DNA of 64,000 bases from Eledone cirrhosa (GCA_964016885.1 OZ024760.1:2294001-2358000); one strand, 5' to 3'. Positions 11,610-22,630 are shown, counted from the first letter of the stretch. Notes: a model not told the origin generated them from the letters alone. Numbers and translations are program-made.

Positions 11610-11730
11610 AGCCTGATAGTGGGGTTTAGAACCCTCTAAGAAATGGAAAAAGATGAGTCTTGACGTACATGTGTGTCAATACTCATCTTTTTCCATTTCT
11701 TAGAGGGTTCTAAACCCCACTAATCAGGCT
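11610..11730. repeat. Near-perfect hairpin with about 55-bp arms
   Basis: agcctgatagtggggtttagaaccctctaagaaatggaaaaagatgagtcttgac pairs with gtcaatactcatctttttccatttcttagagggttctaaaccccactaatcaggct. Confidence 0.9.
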
Positions 11731-11989
11731 CCAATTTTTTTTAGAGAGAGAGAGAATGAGGAAAATGTGAAGTTGTAGATGTTAAAAAGTCTTTTAATTA
11801 AGCTGTGATACATATTTCAATGACAATCTTGGTCACTGTACTGATTGTGTTGTTATTTCTGTTTACCTTTTACACACACACACATATATATATATATAGA
11901 TTGACAAGGTCCCAGACCTCATTCGCTTATTGAGTGGGGTGGAGTTTGTCAAATCAGACCGAGGAAACAATGTTTCCATTAGTCTTTCT

Positions 11990-12333
11990 GGAGGCACATG
12001 GCTTAGTGGTTAGAGCATTGGCCTTGCAATCGAAAGGTTGTGAGTTCAATTCTCAGACCGGGTGATGTGTTGTTTCCTTGAGCAAGACACTTTATTTCAC
12101 ATTGCTCCAGTTTACTCAGCTGTATAAATGAGATGATAGGGACTGGGGTCCCTATCATTCCACTGCAAAGTGGTCATGTAGGTGCCACGGCAAGAAAGCA
12201 CCCAGCACTCACTGTAAAAGAGGTTGGTGTTAGGAAGGGCATCCAGCTGTAGAAATCAAGCCAGGATCAGTTCCCGTCCCACCCTTGCAAGCAGGGAAAA
12301 GCGGACGTAAAATGAAATGATGATGATGATGAT
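11990..12333 (+). mobile_element. Full-length family 1 CORE-like SINE with RTE tail and (GAT)n end
   Basis: Near-identical to 8328-8657, with a complete tRNA-like head. Confidence 0.9.
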
Positions 12334-12377
12334 TTCCAATTGCTAATACTATCTATCAGTCGCAACTCCAGGTAGAA

Positions 12378-12484
12378 GGAGCAACGTAAAATAAAGGACA
12401 TAACGCATCACCCGGTCCAGGAATCGAACTCACAACCTCACGATTGCGAATCCAATTCTCTAACCACTCAGCCACATGCCTTCA
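12378..12484 (-). mobile_element. Family 1-like SINE head
   Basis: Reverse complement tgaaggcatgtggctgagtggttagag...gagttcgattcctggaccgggtgatg. Confidence 0.75.
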
Positions 12485-12598
12485 CACACACACATATATA
12501 TACACACACACACACACACACTGAGATCAATATTGTCTTTCAATGAATAAAGTGATGACAACTATTGATATACACATGCGTACACCTATATAGATGAT

Positions 12599-12599
<1 letters not shown>

Positions 12600-12646
<47 letters not shown>

Positions 12647-12972
12647 CATGTATGTATATATATATATATGTATGTATGTATGTATGTATATATATATATA
12701 TGTATGTATGTATATATATATGTATGTATGTATATATATATATATGTATGTATATAGTAGAGATTTAGTGATTGACACATTAGTGAGTACTGGCTGTCTG
12801 TGATGGTGGTGGTGTATGGTGGTGGTGTATGGTGGTGGTGGTGGTGTATGGTGGTGGTGTATGGTGGTGGTGGTGGTGTATGGTGGTGGTGTATGGTGGT
12901 GGTGGTGGTGGTGGTGGTGGTGGTGGTGGTGGTGGTGGTGTATGGTGGTGGTGGTGGTGGTGGTGGTGGTGT
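12600..12972. repeat. (TA/TATG)n and (GGT)n simple repeats
   Basis: Directly visible; source of spurious low-complexity ORFs. Confidence 0.9.
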
Positions 12973-13469
12973 CAAATGTGTAGGCGGCAACAGCCTGGGT
13001 GACAGAGAGAGAGAGAGGGAGAGAGAGAGGTGATGACGGAATTGTCTGTTAGGTAGCTAAGCAGGTTGTTATTGCTGTTGCTGCTATTGTTTAACCCTAG
13101 GACAACCCAGATCAAGCACATGAAAGACATTCCAGTCATGACCATCCTATTTATTTTAATGTCTAGTTTACAGGGGACCTAGGACTACATTATTAAACAT
13201 GTGATTTAAAAAAGAAAAAATGTAAAGTGTAAATTGCAACAGATTTAGCTGCTATTTCTAACAGATCAATAGACCACATACAGACTCCTTTGTTTGAAAT
13301 AGTAGGAGAAAGATTATCAGACTATATCTCACTTCAATGAGTCTGTTTAAATTATATTTATATATAACCACTATTTATATATGTGTCACTAATTGATATG
13401 CATGACTATTGTGGTTGTTTAACCCTAGGTCGATCTCGATCAAGTAGACAGAACTAGGATTATCCCTTT

Positions 13470-14850
13470 TTCTTCTTCTTCGCCCACTTTTTCCTGAGAG
13501 GGTCATGGGGTCAGAGTCCTCAAATACTCCCTCAAGGGGGTCCTGTCAGAAGCAGCCATCTCCAACTGATCCGATTGGATCTCCAAGTGTGACCAGCCAA
13601 GCTCATGGATGTTATCCAACCATCTTGCTCAGGGTCTACCCCAGGCTCTCCTACCAGTTGGCTTTTTGCCCATACAAATCTGTCCAGCGATTCTTTCCTG
13701 AGACATTCTAACCACATGTCCATAGTATCAGAGCTGTGGTCTCTCAATTCGGAGAAGTAGCAGCTCTACCTGGAGTGACTCTCTGATCTCTGAACTACAA
13801 ATCTGTCCAGCGATTCTTTCCTGAGACATCCAACCACATGTCCATAGTATCAGAGCTGTGGTCTCTCAATTCGGAGAAGTAGCAGCTCTACCTGGAGTGA
13901 CTCTCTGATCTCTGAACTACAAATCTGTCCAGCGATTCTTTCCTGAGACATCCAACCACAGTCCATAGTATCAGAGCTGTGGTCTCTCAATTTGGAGAAG
14001 TAGCAGCTCTACCTGGAGTGACTCTCTGATCTCTGAACTACAAATCTGTCCAGCGATTCTTTCCTGAGACATCCAACCACATGTCCATAGTATCAGAGCT
14101 GTGGTCTCTCAATTCGGAGAAGTAGCAGCTCTACCTGGAGTGACTCTCTGATCTCTGAACTACAAATCTGTCCAGCGATTCTTTCCTGAGACATCCAACC
14201 ACAGTCCATAGTATCAGAGCTGTGGTCTCTCAATTTGGAGAAGTAGCAGCTCTACCTGGAGTGACTCTCTGATCTCTGAACTACAAATCTGTCCAGCGAT
14301 TCTTTCCTGAGACATCCAACCACATGTCCATAGTATCAGAGCTGTGGTCTCTCAATTCGGAGAAGTAGCAGCTCTACCTGGAGTGACTCTCTGATGTCTG
14401 AGCTACAAATCTGTCCAGCGATTCTTTCCTGAGACATCCAACCACATGTCCATAGTATCAGAGCTGTGGTCTCTAAATTCGGAGAAGTAGCAGCTCTACC
14501 TGGAGTATCTCTCTGATCTCTGAACTACAAATCTGTCCAGCGATTCTTTCCTGAGACATTCTAACCACATGCCCATAGTATCAGAGCTGTGGTCTCTCAA
14601 TTCAGAGAAGTAGCAGCTCTACCTGGAGTGACTCTCTGATGTCTGAGCTACAAATCTGTCCAGCGATTCTTTCCTGAGACATCCAACCACATGTCCATAG
14701 CATCGGAGCTGTGGTCTCTCAATTCGGAGAAGTAGCAGATCTACCTGGAGTAACTCTCTGATATCTGAACTACAAATCTGTCCAGCGATTCTTTCCTTAG
14801 TCATTCTAACCACATCTCCATAGTATTGGAGCTGTGATCTCTCAATCCAC
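13470..14850 (-). mobile_element. 3' fragment of a second RTE family with (GAA)n tail, containing a tandem array
   Basis: Minus-strand translation gives IRESLQVELLLLRIERPQL..YGHVVRM..ERIAGQI; homologous to the 35713-36168 copy. Confidence 0.8.
13676..14848. repeat. About 9.6 x 121-123-bp tandem array derived from RTE ORF2
   Basis: aaatctgtccagcgattctttcct recurs at 13676, 13799, 13921, 14042, 14164, 14285, 14407, 14529, 14652 and 14774. Confidence 0.95.
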
Positions 14851-14929
14851 AGAAAATATCTAAAGAGAGTTTGTTTATATTATCTTTATTAATAGACAAA
14901 TGGTTGTCTATTAATTTGTGAATTGATAG

Positions 14930-15229
14930 GATTTACAGACTTATCTTTGAAAACATTTCTTCGGATACAAATCTTCAAACACATTTCTTCGAAATCAGAT
15001 ACTTCGAAGTGCATTCACTTCAAATGATTTTACTCAGAAAATCAAAACATCAAAAAGTTGGTTTCATACACCTTCTTCAAATACAAGACTGGGCTACCCC
15101 TAACCCTAACCCAACCCTAATTGATGATTCAAAGTAATTGGCATGTTAAAGGTATTCTACTACAAAGTTTTTGCTTGTTGAAGATATGTTACTTCAAAGT
15201 TTTTGTTTTCAAAGAATAGTCTGTAAGCG
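14930..15229. mobile_element. TIR MITE with 10-bp flanking duplication, possibly Mutator-like
   Basis: TIRs ttacagacttatctttgaaaac / gttttcaaagaatagtctgtaa; gaattgatag at 14920-14929 and 15230-15239; internal cctaaccctaacc motif. Confidence 0.65.
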
Positions 15230-15562
15230 GAATTGATAGATATTTAGCAGCTATTTCTAGTAAATCGATAGACCACATGTAGGCTCACTTGTTGGTAACA
15301 AGAGTAAAGAGAAAGAGAGACTACATCTCTCACTCTGGTTATCTATCTCGATATATTTGCATGATTAATTAACACACATGAATGATTGTTATGCATGACT
15401 GATTGTTGTTATGCATGACTGATTACATAAAGTTATCTCTCCATGGAACTGTTTTTTATTTAAAAAAAAAAAAAAAAAAAACATAAAAAGCATAGAATTA
15501 CTAAACAAATATATTTCTTTTTTATTATTTCCTTGTTTTTATTATTTTTAAATATGTCAGAG

Positions 15563-15715
15563 CAGTGGAGTGGCAGAATCGGTAGAGGGTCGGATGCCAT
15601 GCTTTGCAGCATATTGTTATGAGCTGAGTTCAAATCCCGCTAACATTAACTTTGCCTTTCATTCATACGGGGTCAATAAAATAAAGCACCAGTAACGTAC
15701 TGGGGTTGATCTAAT
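15563..15715 (+). mobile_element. Family 2 SINE, diverged
   Basis: tggcagaatcggtagagggtcgg...gagttcaaatccc...gcctttcattcatacggggtcaataaaataaag. Confidence 0.75.
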
Positions 15716-15983
15716 CAGATGAAGGACTAACATCCTGCTATTTCAAATGTTAACCTAATATATTCCTTCCATATACTGTGTTGATTGGGTTGTTTACCTT
15801 TTACATACCTATATATATGCAAGCAGGGAAAAGTGGACGTAAAATGATGATGATGATGATACATATATATATATATGTATGTTTGTATGGTCCCTTAACT
15901 CCTGAGAGAGTTGTCGGGGCACCATATTGACAAAGAGAGTTTCTTTGGCATTTTAAGCTTGACGGAGCCCATCCCTCCCCAGG

Positions 15984-16059
<76 letters not shown>

Positions 16060-16060
<1 letters not shown>

Positions 16061-16450
16061 AAATATGAGAATAAACGTGCTGCGTGGTTGCAAATGGGTT
16101 ACATATGAATAAAGTTAGTCCTTCATCAGTGATCTTCCAACCATCCTCGGTATTTCTTCGCTTTAAAGACCATATACCTCCGGTTGGTGCAAGCAACGGC
16201 TAAAGAAAGTCGTTGGGACACGTAAATAAAGGGAACAGCGAGAGTGTAAACAAACAAAGATGGTGAAGCAACGAAAAGTGAGGAAGAACAAGTCAAGTCC
16301 CAAATTTCCATGAATATAAGTTCGGTGAAATTGTGAACGAGAGAGAATAAAGACCATCAAACCTGGTTGAAATGTGAGCAAGGAAGGAATTCCACACAGG
16401 TCAAATGGGAGGAAGAAGGAGCCTAGTCCGTTAATTCGGTGAACATAAAT
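16060..16450. repeat. Unclassified (TA)n-bounded dispersed repeat; homologue at 26450-26730
   Basis: Both copies share gtccttcatcagtga, aaagtcgttgggacacgtaaataaaggga and aaagaccatca. Confidence 0.75.
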
Positions 16451-16454
16451 ATAT

Positions 16455-19400
16455 ACAATCGGGGCTGCCAGACGAACTTAAGGATAGGTTTTACGAGTCC
16501 CTAATACACACTACTGCTCTAACAGACGACAAGGACTTCCTAATCATTGCAGGAGATTTTAACGGACACGTAGGTAAACACTGCGACGGCTTCAATAGAG
16601 TACATGGAGGCCATGGAGTTGGCACAAGGAATGAGGAAGGATTCAGACTTCTAGAATTCTGCGACGCCAATGACATGTCGATATGTAACACAAACTTTAA
16701 AAAACCCGACAACCACCTGATCACCTATAGATCAGGGGAGCACTCTAGTCAGTTAGATTTTATCCTCATCAGAGGACGTGACAGATGGACGGTCGTAAAC
16801 ACAAAAGCCTTCCCTAGTGAGGAATGTACATCCCAACATAGCTTAGTTGTCAGCGACCTCACGGTCAGAACTAGACGAGCCCTGAAACAGAGGCCAACCT
16901 GGAGAAGAAAGATCTGGAAGCTGAAAGTCCCCTCAACCAGTAACAGATTTAAAGATATTTTACTCAACGCCTACGACAGTAAAGAAGAACAGATAGAGAC
17001 ATTTAACGTAGAAGAGAACTGGGAGTTCCTAAAAAATAACTTACTAGAGGCGACGGATGAGGTTTGTGGCTGGAGTAAGACCTCAAGCAGGAGGAGAGTG
17101 ACTTGGTGGTGGAACAATAAGGTAGATGAAGCAGTCAAGGCCAAGAGACAGGCATGGAAAGAATGGAAGAACGGGGGGAGCAGGGTACATTACATAGAGA
17201 CCAAGAGGGAAGCTAGGCGACAAGTATACTTAGCTAGGAGGGAAGCAGAGGATAGAAAATTCAAGCATGTTTTACAACGTGAGGACCAGAAACAGGAGGT
17301 ATTCAAGATTGCGAGGCAGTGTGTCAGAGATAGTTGTGATGTCATTGGAGAGAAGTGTATCCGGAATGATAAAGGTGAGCTTGCCCTCACAAGTGCTGAG
17401 AAGAAAGATGCATGGAAGAGTCATTATGATAGATTACTAAATGAGGAGAATGCATGGGAAGAAGAGACCCTACCCCACGTAGACCCTATAGAGGGACCAG
17501 CAGTACAAGTCAGCGGCAGCGTAGTAAGTAAGGCAATCAGAGATATGAAGATAGGGAAGGCAACCGGTCCATCGGGTATAGCTGCCGAGATGCTGAAGGC
17601 ATCTGGGTCTGTAGGTCACACTATAACCACACGTATCGTTAACCAGGTAATACTAGAGGGGGCCATACCAAAAGATTGGTGCAGTAGCATCATTGTCAAC
17701 TGCTACAAAGGTAAAGGCGATGCACTAGATAGAGGAAACTATAGAGGTATAAAGTTGATGGACCAGGTCATGAAAGTAACAGAAAGAGTTATAGCACAGC
17801 TGATTAGGGACCGGGTGAATATAGACGAGATGCAATTTGGGTTTGTTCCAGGGAAAGGCACCACTGATGCGCTCTTCCTTGTGAGGCAATTACAGGAAAA
17901 GTACCTAGCTAAAAGTAAGCCACTCTACTTGGCATTTGTCGACCTTGAGAAAGCCTTTGACAGAGTTCCACGTGCAGTAATCTGGTGGGCTCTTAGAAAA
18001 CTAGGAGTAGATGAATGGCTTGTGAAAGCGGTACAAGCCATGTATAGGGGAGCAGTCAGCAAAGTTAGGATTGGCAATGAGTATAGCGAGGAATTTAGCG
18101 TACAGGTTGGGGTCCACCAGGGCTCTGTTCTTAGCCCTCTCCTGTTCATCATAGTCCTGCAGGCAATAACGGAGGAGTTTAAGACCGGATGCCCATGGGA
18201 ACTCCTGTATGCTGATGACCTCGCACTCATAGCTGAATCTATGGTAGAACTAGAGAATAAATTCCAAACCTGGAAGCAGGGACTAGAGAGAAAGGGCCTC
18301 AAAGTCAACATGACAAAGACTAAGGTCCTTATAAGTAGACGAGAAAACAGAACCCAGATCCCCTCAGGGAAATGGCCTTGCTCAGTATGTAGGAAAGGTG
18401 TAGGTAGGAACTCCATTCTTTGCCCCAAATGCAAACAATGGGTACACAAGAGATGTAGCGGGATCTCAGGAAGCTTAATTAAGAATGTAGGATTCACATG
18501 CAGCAGCTGTGCTGAAACAGCAAGCAAACAGCCACAGGAAACAAGTACCACCAATCTCTGGGAGGGCCCTGTAGAAACAGTAGACAGCTTCTGCTACCTA
18601 GGTGACCGAATTAGCAACGGAGGTGGGTGCTCAGAAAGTACAATAACTAGGGTAAGAACGGGATGGAAGAAGTTTAGGGAACTACTACCACTGCTAGCTG
18701 CAAAAGGCTTCTCCCTCAGAATGAAAGGCAGACTGTATGATGCGTGTATCCGAACAGCGATGTTGCATGGTAGTGAGACCTGGGCGCTGAAGGTGGAAGA
18801 CTTACGTAGATTAGAGAGAAACGAAGCCTGCATGCTCCGATGGATGTGTAACAGTAATATACGTGAACGACAAAGCATAAATGAATTGAGAGAGAGACTG
18901 AGCATAAGAGGAATCAAATGCTGCGTGCAGGAGAGGCGGTTACGCTGGTATGGACATGTGATGCGTATGAAGGATGACAGCTGCATAAAAAGGTGCAGAG
19001 CACTAGAAGTTGATGGAAACCGCGGAGTGGGGAGACCCAAGATGACTTGGGATGAGGTGATAAAAGCCGACCTTACCCAACTACACCTCTCAAAGTCAAT
19101 GACACACGACCGTGACTTCTGGCGTCACGCAGTAATACAGGGTACCCGACCTCCCATGGGTACATGCTGAAGCATATAAACAATATGCCCCCCCCCCCCC
19201 CCCCCCACCGCAAGGTGGTCGTGGAGGTGCCACGGCAAAAAAGCACCCAGCCCACACTGTAAAGTGGACGTGTAGGCGCCACGAAAAAGCACCCAGCACT
19301 CACTGTAAATGAGGTTGGTGTTAGGAAGGGCATCCAGCTGTAGAAATCAAGCCAGATCAGTTCCTGTATGAGCAAGGCATGGTCAGCCGACCAGACACTG

Positions 19401-19476
19401 CCCACAACAGGACAACCCGTCTAACCCATGCTAGCGTGGAAGAACGGACGTAAAACGGTGATGATGATGATGATGA
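16455..19476 (+). mobile_element. 5'-truncated young RTE-clade LINE with 3' UTR and (GAT)n tail
   Basis: Starts mid-endonuclease (QSGLPDELKDRFYESL); 3' UTR 19171-19458; tail gatgatgatgatgatgat. Confidence 0.93.
16456..19170 (+). CDS. RTE ORF (partial APE endonuclease, RT, inserted PHD-type Zn finger); uninterrupted but lacking its N-terminus
   Basis: IAGDFNGHVG, QLDFIL, SQHSLV, KATGPSGI, NYRGIKL, QFGF, FVDLEKAFDRV, GVHQGSVLSPLLF, LLYADD, FCYLG, RRLRWYGHV. The frame stays open upstream of the ATG at 16675. Confidence 0.92.
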   Translation, partial: QSGLPDELKDRFYESLIHTTALTDDKDFLIIAGDFNGHVGKHCDGFNRVHGGHGVGTRNEEGFRLLEFCDANDMSICNTNFKKPDNHLITYRSGEHSSQLDFILIRGRDRWTVVNTKAFPSEECTSQHSLVVSDLTVRTRRALKQRPTWRRKIWKLKVPSTSNRFKDILLNAYDSKEEQIETFNVEENWEFLKNNLLEATDEVCGWSKTSSRRRVTWWWNNKVDEAVKAKRQAWKEWKNGGSRVHYIETKREARRQVYLARREAEDRKFKHVLQREDQKQEVFKIARQCVRDSCDVIGEKCIRNDKGELALTSAEKKDAWKSHYDRLLNEENAWEEETLPHVDPIEGPAVQVSGSVVSKAIRDMKIGKATGPSGIAAEMLKASGSVGHTITTRIVNQVILEGAIPKDWCSSIIVNCYKGKGDALDRGNYRGIKLMDQVMKVTERVIAQLIRDRVNIDEMQFGFVPGKGTTDALFLVRQLQEKYLAKSKPLYLAFVDLEKAFDRVPRAVIWWALRKLGVDEWLVKAVQAMYRGAVSKVRIGNEYSEEFSVQVGVHQGSVLSPLLFIIVLQAITEEFKTGCPWELLYADDLALIAESMVELENKFQTWKQGLERKGLKVNMTKTKVLISRRENRTQIPSGKWPCSVCRKGVGRNSILCPKCKQWVHKRCSGISGSLIKNVGFTCSSCAETASKQPQETSTTNLWEGPVETVDSFCYLGDRISNGGGCSESTITRVRTGWKKFRELLPLLAAKGFSLRMKGRLYDACIRTAMLHGSETWALKVEDLRRLERNEACMLRWMCNSNIRERQSINELRERLSIRGIKCCVQERRLRWYGHVMRMKDDSCIKRCRALEVDGNRGVGRPKMTWDEVIKADLTQLHLSKSMTHDRDFWRHAVIQGTRPPMGTC

Positions 19477-19586
19477 TATATATATATAAATTTTGAGTAT
19501 ATGTTGGTTGTATACCAACACCTCAGTATGCAGATTGGAGCACTCAACGAAGTGCGCAGGTTGGTTTGGTTACTCCGGAGTAATGT

Positions 19587-19658
19587 AAAATAAAATAAAA
19601 TAAATAAGTCAAATGTTTAAAATTTTAAACATTTGACTTATTTATTTTATTTTATTTT
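19587..19658. repeat. Perfect 72-bp AT-rich palindrome with no loop, followed by two direct copies of its right part
   Basis: aaaataaaataaaataaataagtcaaatgtttaaaa|ttttaaacatttgacttatttattttattttatttt. Confidence 0.85.
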
Positions 19659-19790
19659 GACTTATTTATTTTATTTTATTTTGACTTATTTATTTTATTT
19701 TATTTTATATATATATATACTATCCAAACTGAACCTGAACCGATAAGGTCTGGTTTCTTGGGTATGTCACTATTTATAAAACAAATTTTG

Positions 19791-19851
19791 TATTTTATCT
19801 GATGAGGGCGTACCAAAATTTTGGTACCCTTGAAATATATATAATAAAATA
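19791..19851 (+). ncRNA. Type I hammerhead ribozyme fold, family A, intact core
   Basis: tattttat-CTGATGA-gggcgtacca[aaattt]tggtaccctt-GAAA-tatat-ATA-ataaaata; stem III region is the palindrome atatatat. Confidence 0.75.
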
Positions 19852-19892
19852 AATATGGTTTTATAAATATAGTTTCCATTTATTAATATCAT

Positions 19893-19935
<43 letters not shown>

Positions 19936-20063
19936 AAAGTTCTATTTAAATTGTTGGGATACAACAAGTAAATATTTTATAACTGATATAAAGCACTCGA
20001 CAAGTTATTTGGAGTAGATATACGATATTAAATAAATGGAAACTATATTTATAAAACCATATT

Positions 20064-20128
20064 TATTTCATTATACATATTTCAGGGATACCAAATTAAA
20101 ATATGGTATGCCTTCATCAGACAAAATA
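20064..20128 (-). ncRNA. Type I hammerhead ribozyme fold, family A
   Basis: Reverse complement tattttgt-CTGATGA-aggcatacca[tattttaatt]tggtatccct-GAAA-tatgt-ATA-atgaaata. Confidence 0.72.
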
Positions 20129-20208
20129 CAATATATAAACAGTTTTATAAATAATGGTCGCATCTATTAGGGTACGTCAAAATTATTTATAAAACTGTTT
20201 ATATATTG

Positions 20209-20273
20209 TATTTTGTCTGATGAAGGCATACCATATTTTAATTTGGTATCCCTGAAATATGTATAATAAAATA
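20209..20273 (+). ncRNA. Type I hammerhead ribozyme fold, family A; inverted partner of 20064-20128
   Basis: tattttgt-CTGATGA-aggcatacca[tattttaatt]tggtatccct-GAAA-tatgt-ATA-ataaaata, then (TA)n at about 20317. Confidence 0.75.
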
Positions 20274-20314
20274 AATATGGTTTTATAAATATAGTTTCCA
20301 TTTATTAATATCAT

Positions 20315-20365
<51 letters not shown>

Positions 20366-20622
20366 AAAAGAGTCAGGACCCTGTCGGCTGAGCTTTGGCT
20401 GTTTCGACATGAAATTAAAACATAAAAAAATATCAAACAAAATTTACCTGTTGTTCAAGTATTTGCTGTAATTAAATATATGTATATCCAAGCATTCTTC
20501 ACTTTCGATTGGTCGAGCCACTGGCCATTCAAATAGCTGCAATATATGAAGGAATGAATGAAAATTAATGTTTACGGCAATGGATATGGTTCATGGATAG
20601 ATTGATAGAGAGATAGATAGAT

Positions 20623-20784
20623 GTTTCTTTATTAGCCACAGGGGCACAAAAGAAGGGCACAAATACAAAGGGGGAAGTTTACATACAATAAAAACGTGTA
20701 AAATGTTATCACAAATGCAATTTAAAAAGTTAGTCGATTTTCTCCAATAGGGGGAGACAGTTCATATGGGTAACACATACCCCC
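20623..20784 (-). mobile_element. 3'-UTR fragment of Tx1-like family 2 in (GATA)n
   Basis: tttctttattagccacaggggcacaaaagaagggcacaaatac resembles 43893-43940; gata repeats lie on both sides. Confidence 0.65.
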
Positions 20785-20956
20785 AAAAAAAAAAAAAAAA
20801 AAGAGATAGATAGATAGATAGATATAATTATCCTCGCATATGTTTTGTCCATCGCCAGAGAATGTCTTCATGAACTAAAGTATTGTCTTCCTGTTTTCCT
20901 TCGGTTGTAACGTTTTTTTAAATATTTATTTCTGCATCTACAGATTGATTTTCCTC

Positions 20957-21005
20957 AGTTTCAGAAGATCCCGTAAAAAGGTGAAAGCAGGGATTCTTTG
21001 CTTAA

Positions 21006-21008
<3 letters not shown>
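20957..21008 (+). ncRNA. Non-canonical hammerhead-like fold, family C, core CAGAAGA
   Basis: agttt-CAGAAGA-tcc..ggt-GAAA-gca[gggattctt]tgc-TT-aaact, followed by (TA)n. Confidence 0.4.
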
Positions 21009-21055
<47 letters not shown>

Positions 21056-21169
21056 AAAGTTAAACAAGGTTCAATGAATACATTAAAGAATGAGTTTTAC
21101 AGTACCTCTGAAATATGTATAATAAAATATACTTCATCACAAGAATATCTATTTTGTTAATATTTTGAA

Positions 21170-21223
<54 letters not shown>

Positions 21224-21444
21224 CTATAAATATTTCCTAACTTACTCCTATCACCTCACCCACATATTTTATATTTCTAGCATATATATATATATATATA
21301 TATATATTTATTAAAATAACAGATTAAAGTTTAAGCAAAGAATCGCTGCTTTCACCCTTAACAGGATCTTCTTATCGAGCCCTCTTCGGATTTTAGTCTT
21401 CACATTTATTATTATTACTATATATATATATATATATATATATA

Positions 21445-21590
21445 TTATCATCTTCATCATCATCGATTAACGTCTATCTTCCATGCTAGCATGGGTTAGA
21501 CGGGTCCCATTTAGACGCAAGTTGTGTGGGGTGACCATGTCTCGGTAATGTAGGGGTGTTTCTGGCTGGTTTTCTACAGCTGGATGCCCT
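21445..21590 (-). mobile_element. RTE 3' tail fragment
   Basis: ttccatgctagcatgggttagacggg...ttctacagctggatgccctt. Confidence 0.75.
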
Positions 21591-21666
<76 letters not shown>

Positions 21667-21704
21667 AACATATATATATATATTATGTGTATATATATAT
21701 ATTA

Positions 21705-21772
<68 letters not shown>

Positions 21773-22429
21773 CGTATATATATATTGATTTCTAGGTAAA
21801 GTTTCTCCAGCTGAAGTTCTCACGACAATTATAAGATGACCTCATCTGTAAATAAGTTTCAGTTAAATTCTCTTTCAAGTTTCTTCCCATCATCGTCATA
21901 GCTGATCAATTGGATAATCAATCAATACCTTCGAGACATTCTTCATTGAATAAACAAGGGGTCAGATGAGTAAAATACAAAAAAAAAAAAACAATAAAAA
22001 CGATAGAATTTGTAAAAATGGAGGAAAGAAAAAAATAAACTAATAATTTTTTCTTCTTCATTGATGTATACCTTGTTATGTGAAGTGGTTTGCTCTTTAA
22101 GACGGTTACATTAAGTGGCTATGTTTACAGAGGAGTACAGAGTTATGTCGTTACATCAATTGGCTATGATTTAAGAGGAATACAGAGTTACTTCAAGTGG
22201 CTATGTTAAAACAACTATATTTTTTCTCCTCTTCCACTACCCCCCCACCCTACCACCACAACCACAAGCACACCATTCCACACCACTTTACATCATCAAC
22301 AGAACTTGTATATCTATCTATCTATTTCTATATCTATCTATCCATTATTACATATACACACATGTATGTATGTATGTATGTATGTATGTATGTATGTATG
22401 TATGTGTGTGTGTATGTAAAGACCCTAGC

Positions 22430-22630
22430 ATTTATCAGAGTATTCTTCTAGGAGAAGGCAACTCAGGAAACTGGGATAACTCCGATATAAAACCTTTGGC
22501 TTAGTAGTTACCGATGATGTTGATCTTTTCCTTTTTTCGAGTTATAGCTACTGTTGCTCAGAGAGTGGGATTGGCTCTGTGCAGTCTTTCCTCACTTTAA
22601 AAAAAAATCGTCACACACAGGCATTGCACG
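22430..22630 (+). mobile_element. RTE-like 5'-UTR-related repeat fragment; second copy at 23415-23595
   Basis: ctaggagaagg...gatgatgttga...gagagtgggattggct is homologous to the reverse complement of 37465-37650. Confidence 0.55.

Noticed and set aside
11990-12062. tRNA genes at SINE heads
   Set aside because: A and B boxes are present but run on into SINE body and tail without a proper acceptor stem.
15097-15120. Telomere-like ccctaa repeats
   Set aside because: Only about three imperfect units, internal to a TIR MITE.
16085-16140. CTGATGAAGGAC on the minus strand (also at 26490-26510) as a hammerhead
   Set aside because: No stem II partner or GAAA follows in either copy; at most a deleted derivative.
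21796-21960. Possible host exons after AG acceptors (also 45197-45260, 40830-41200 and 46720-46950)
   Set aside because: The frames are short with no recognisable domain or consistent splice pairs; RNA-seq would be needed.
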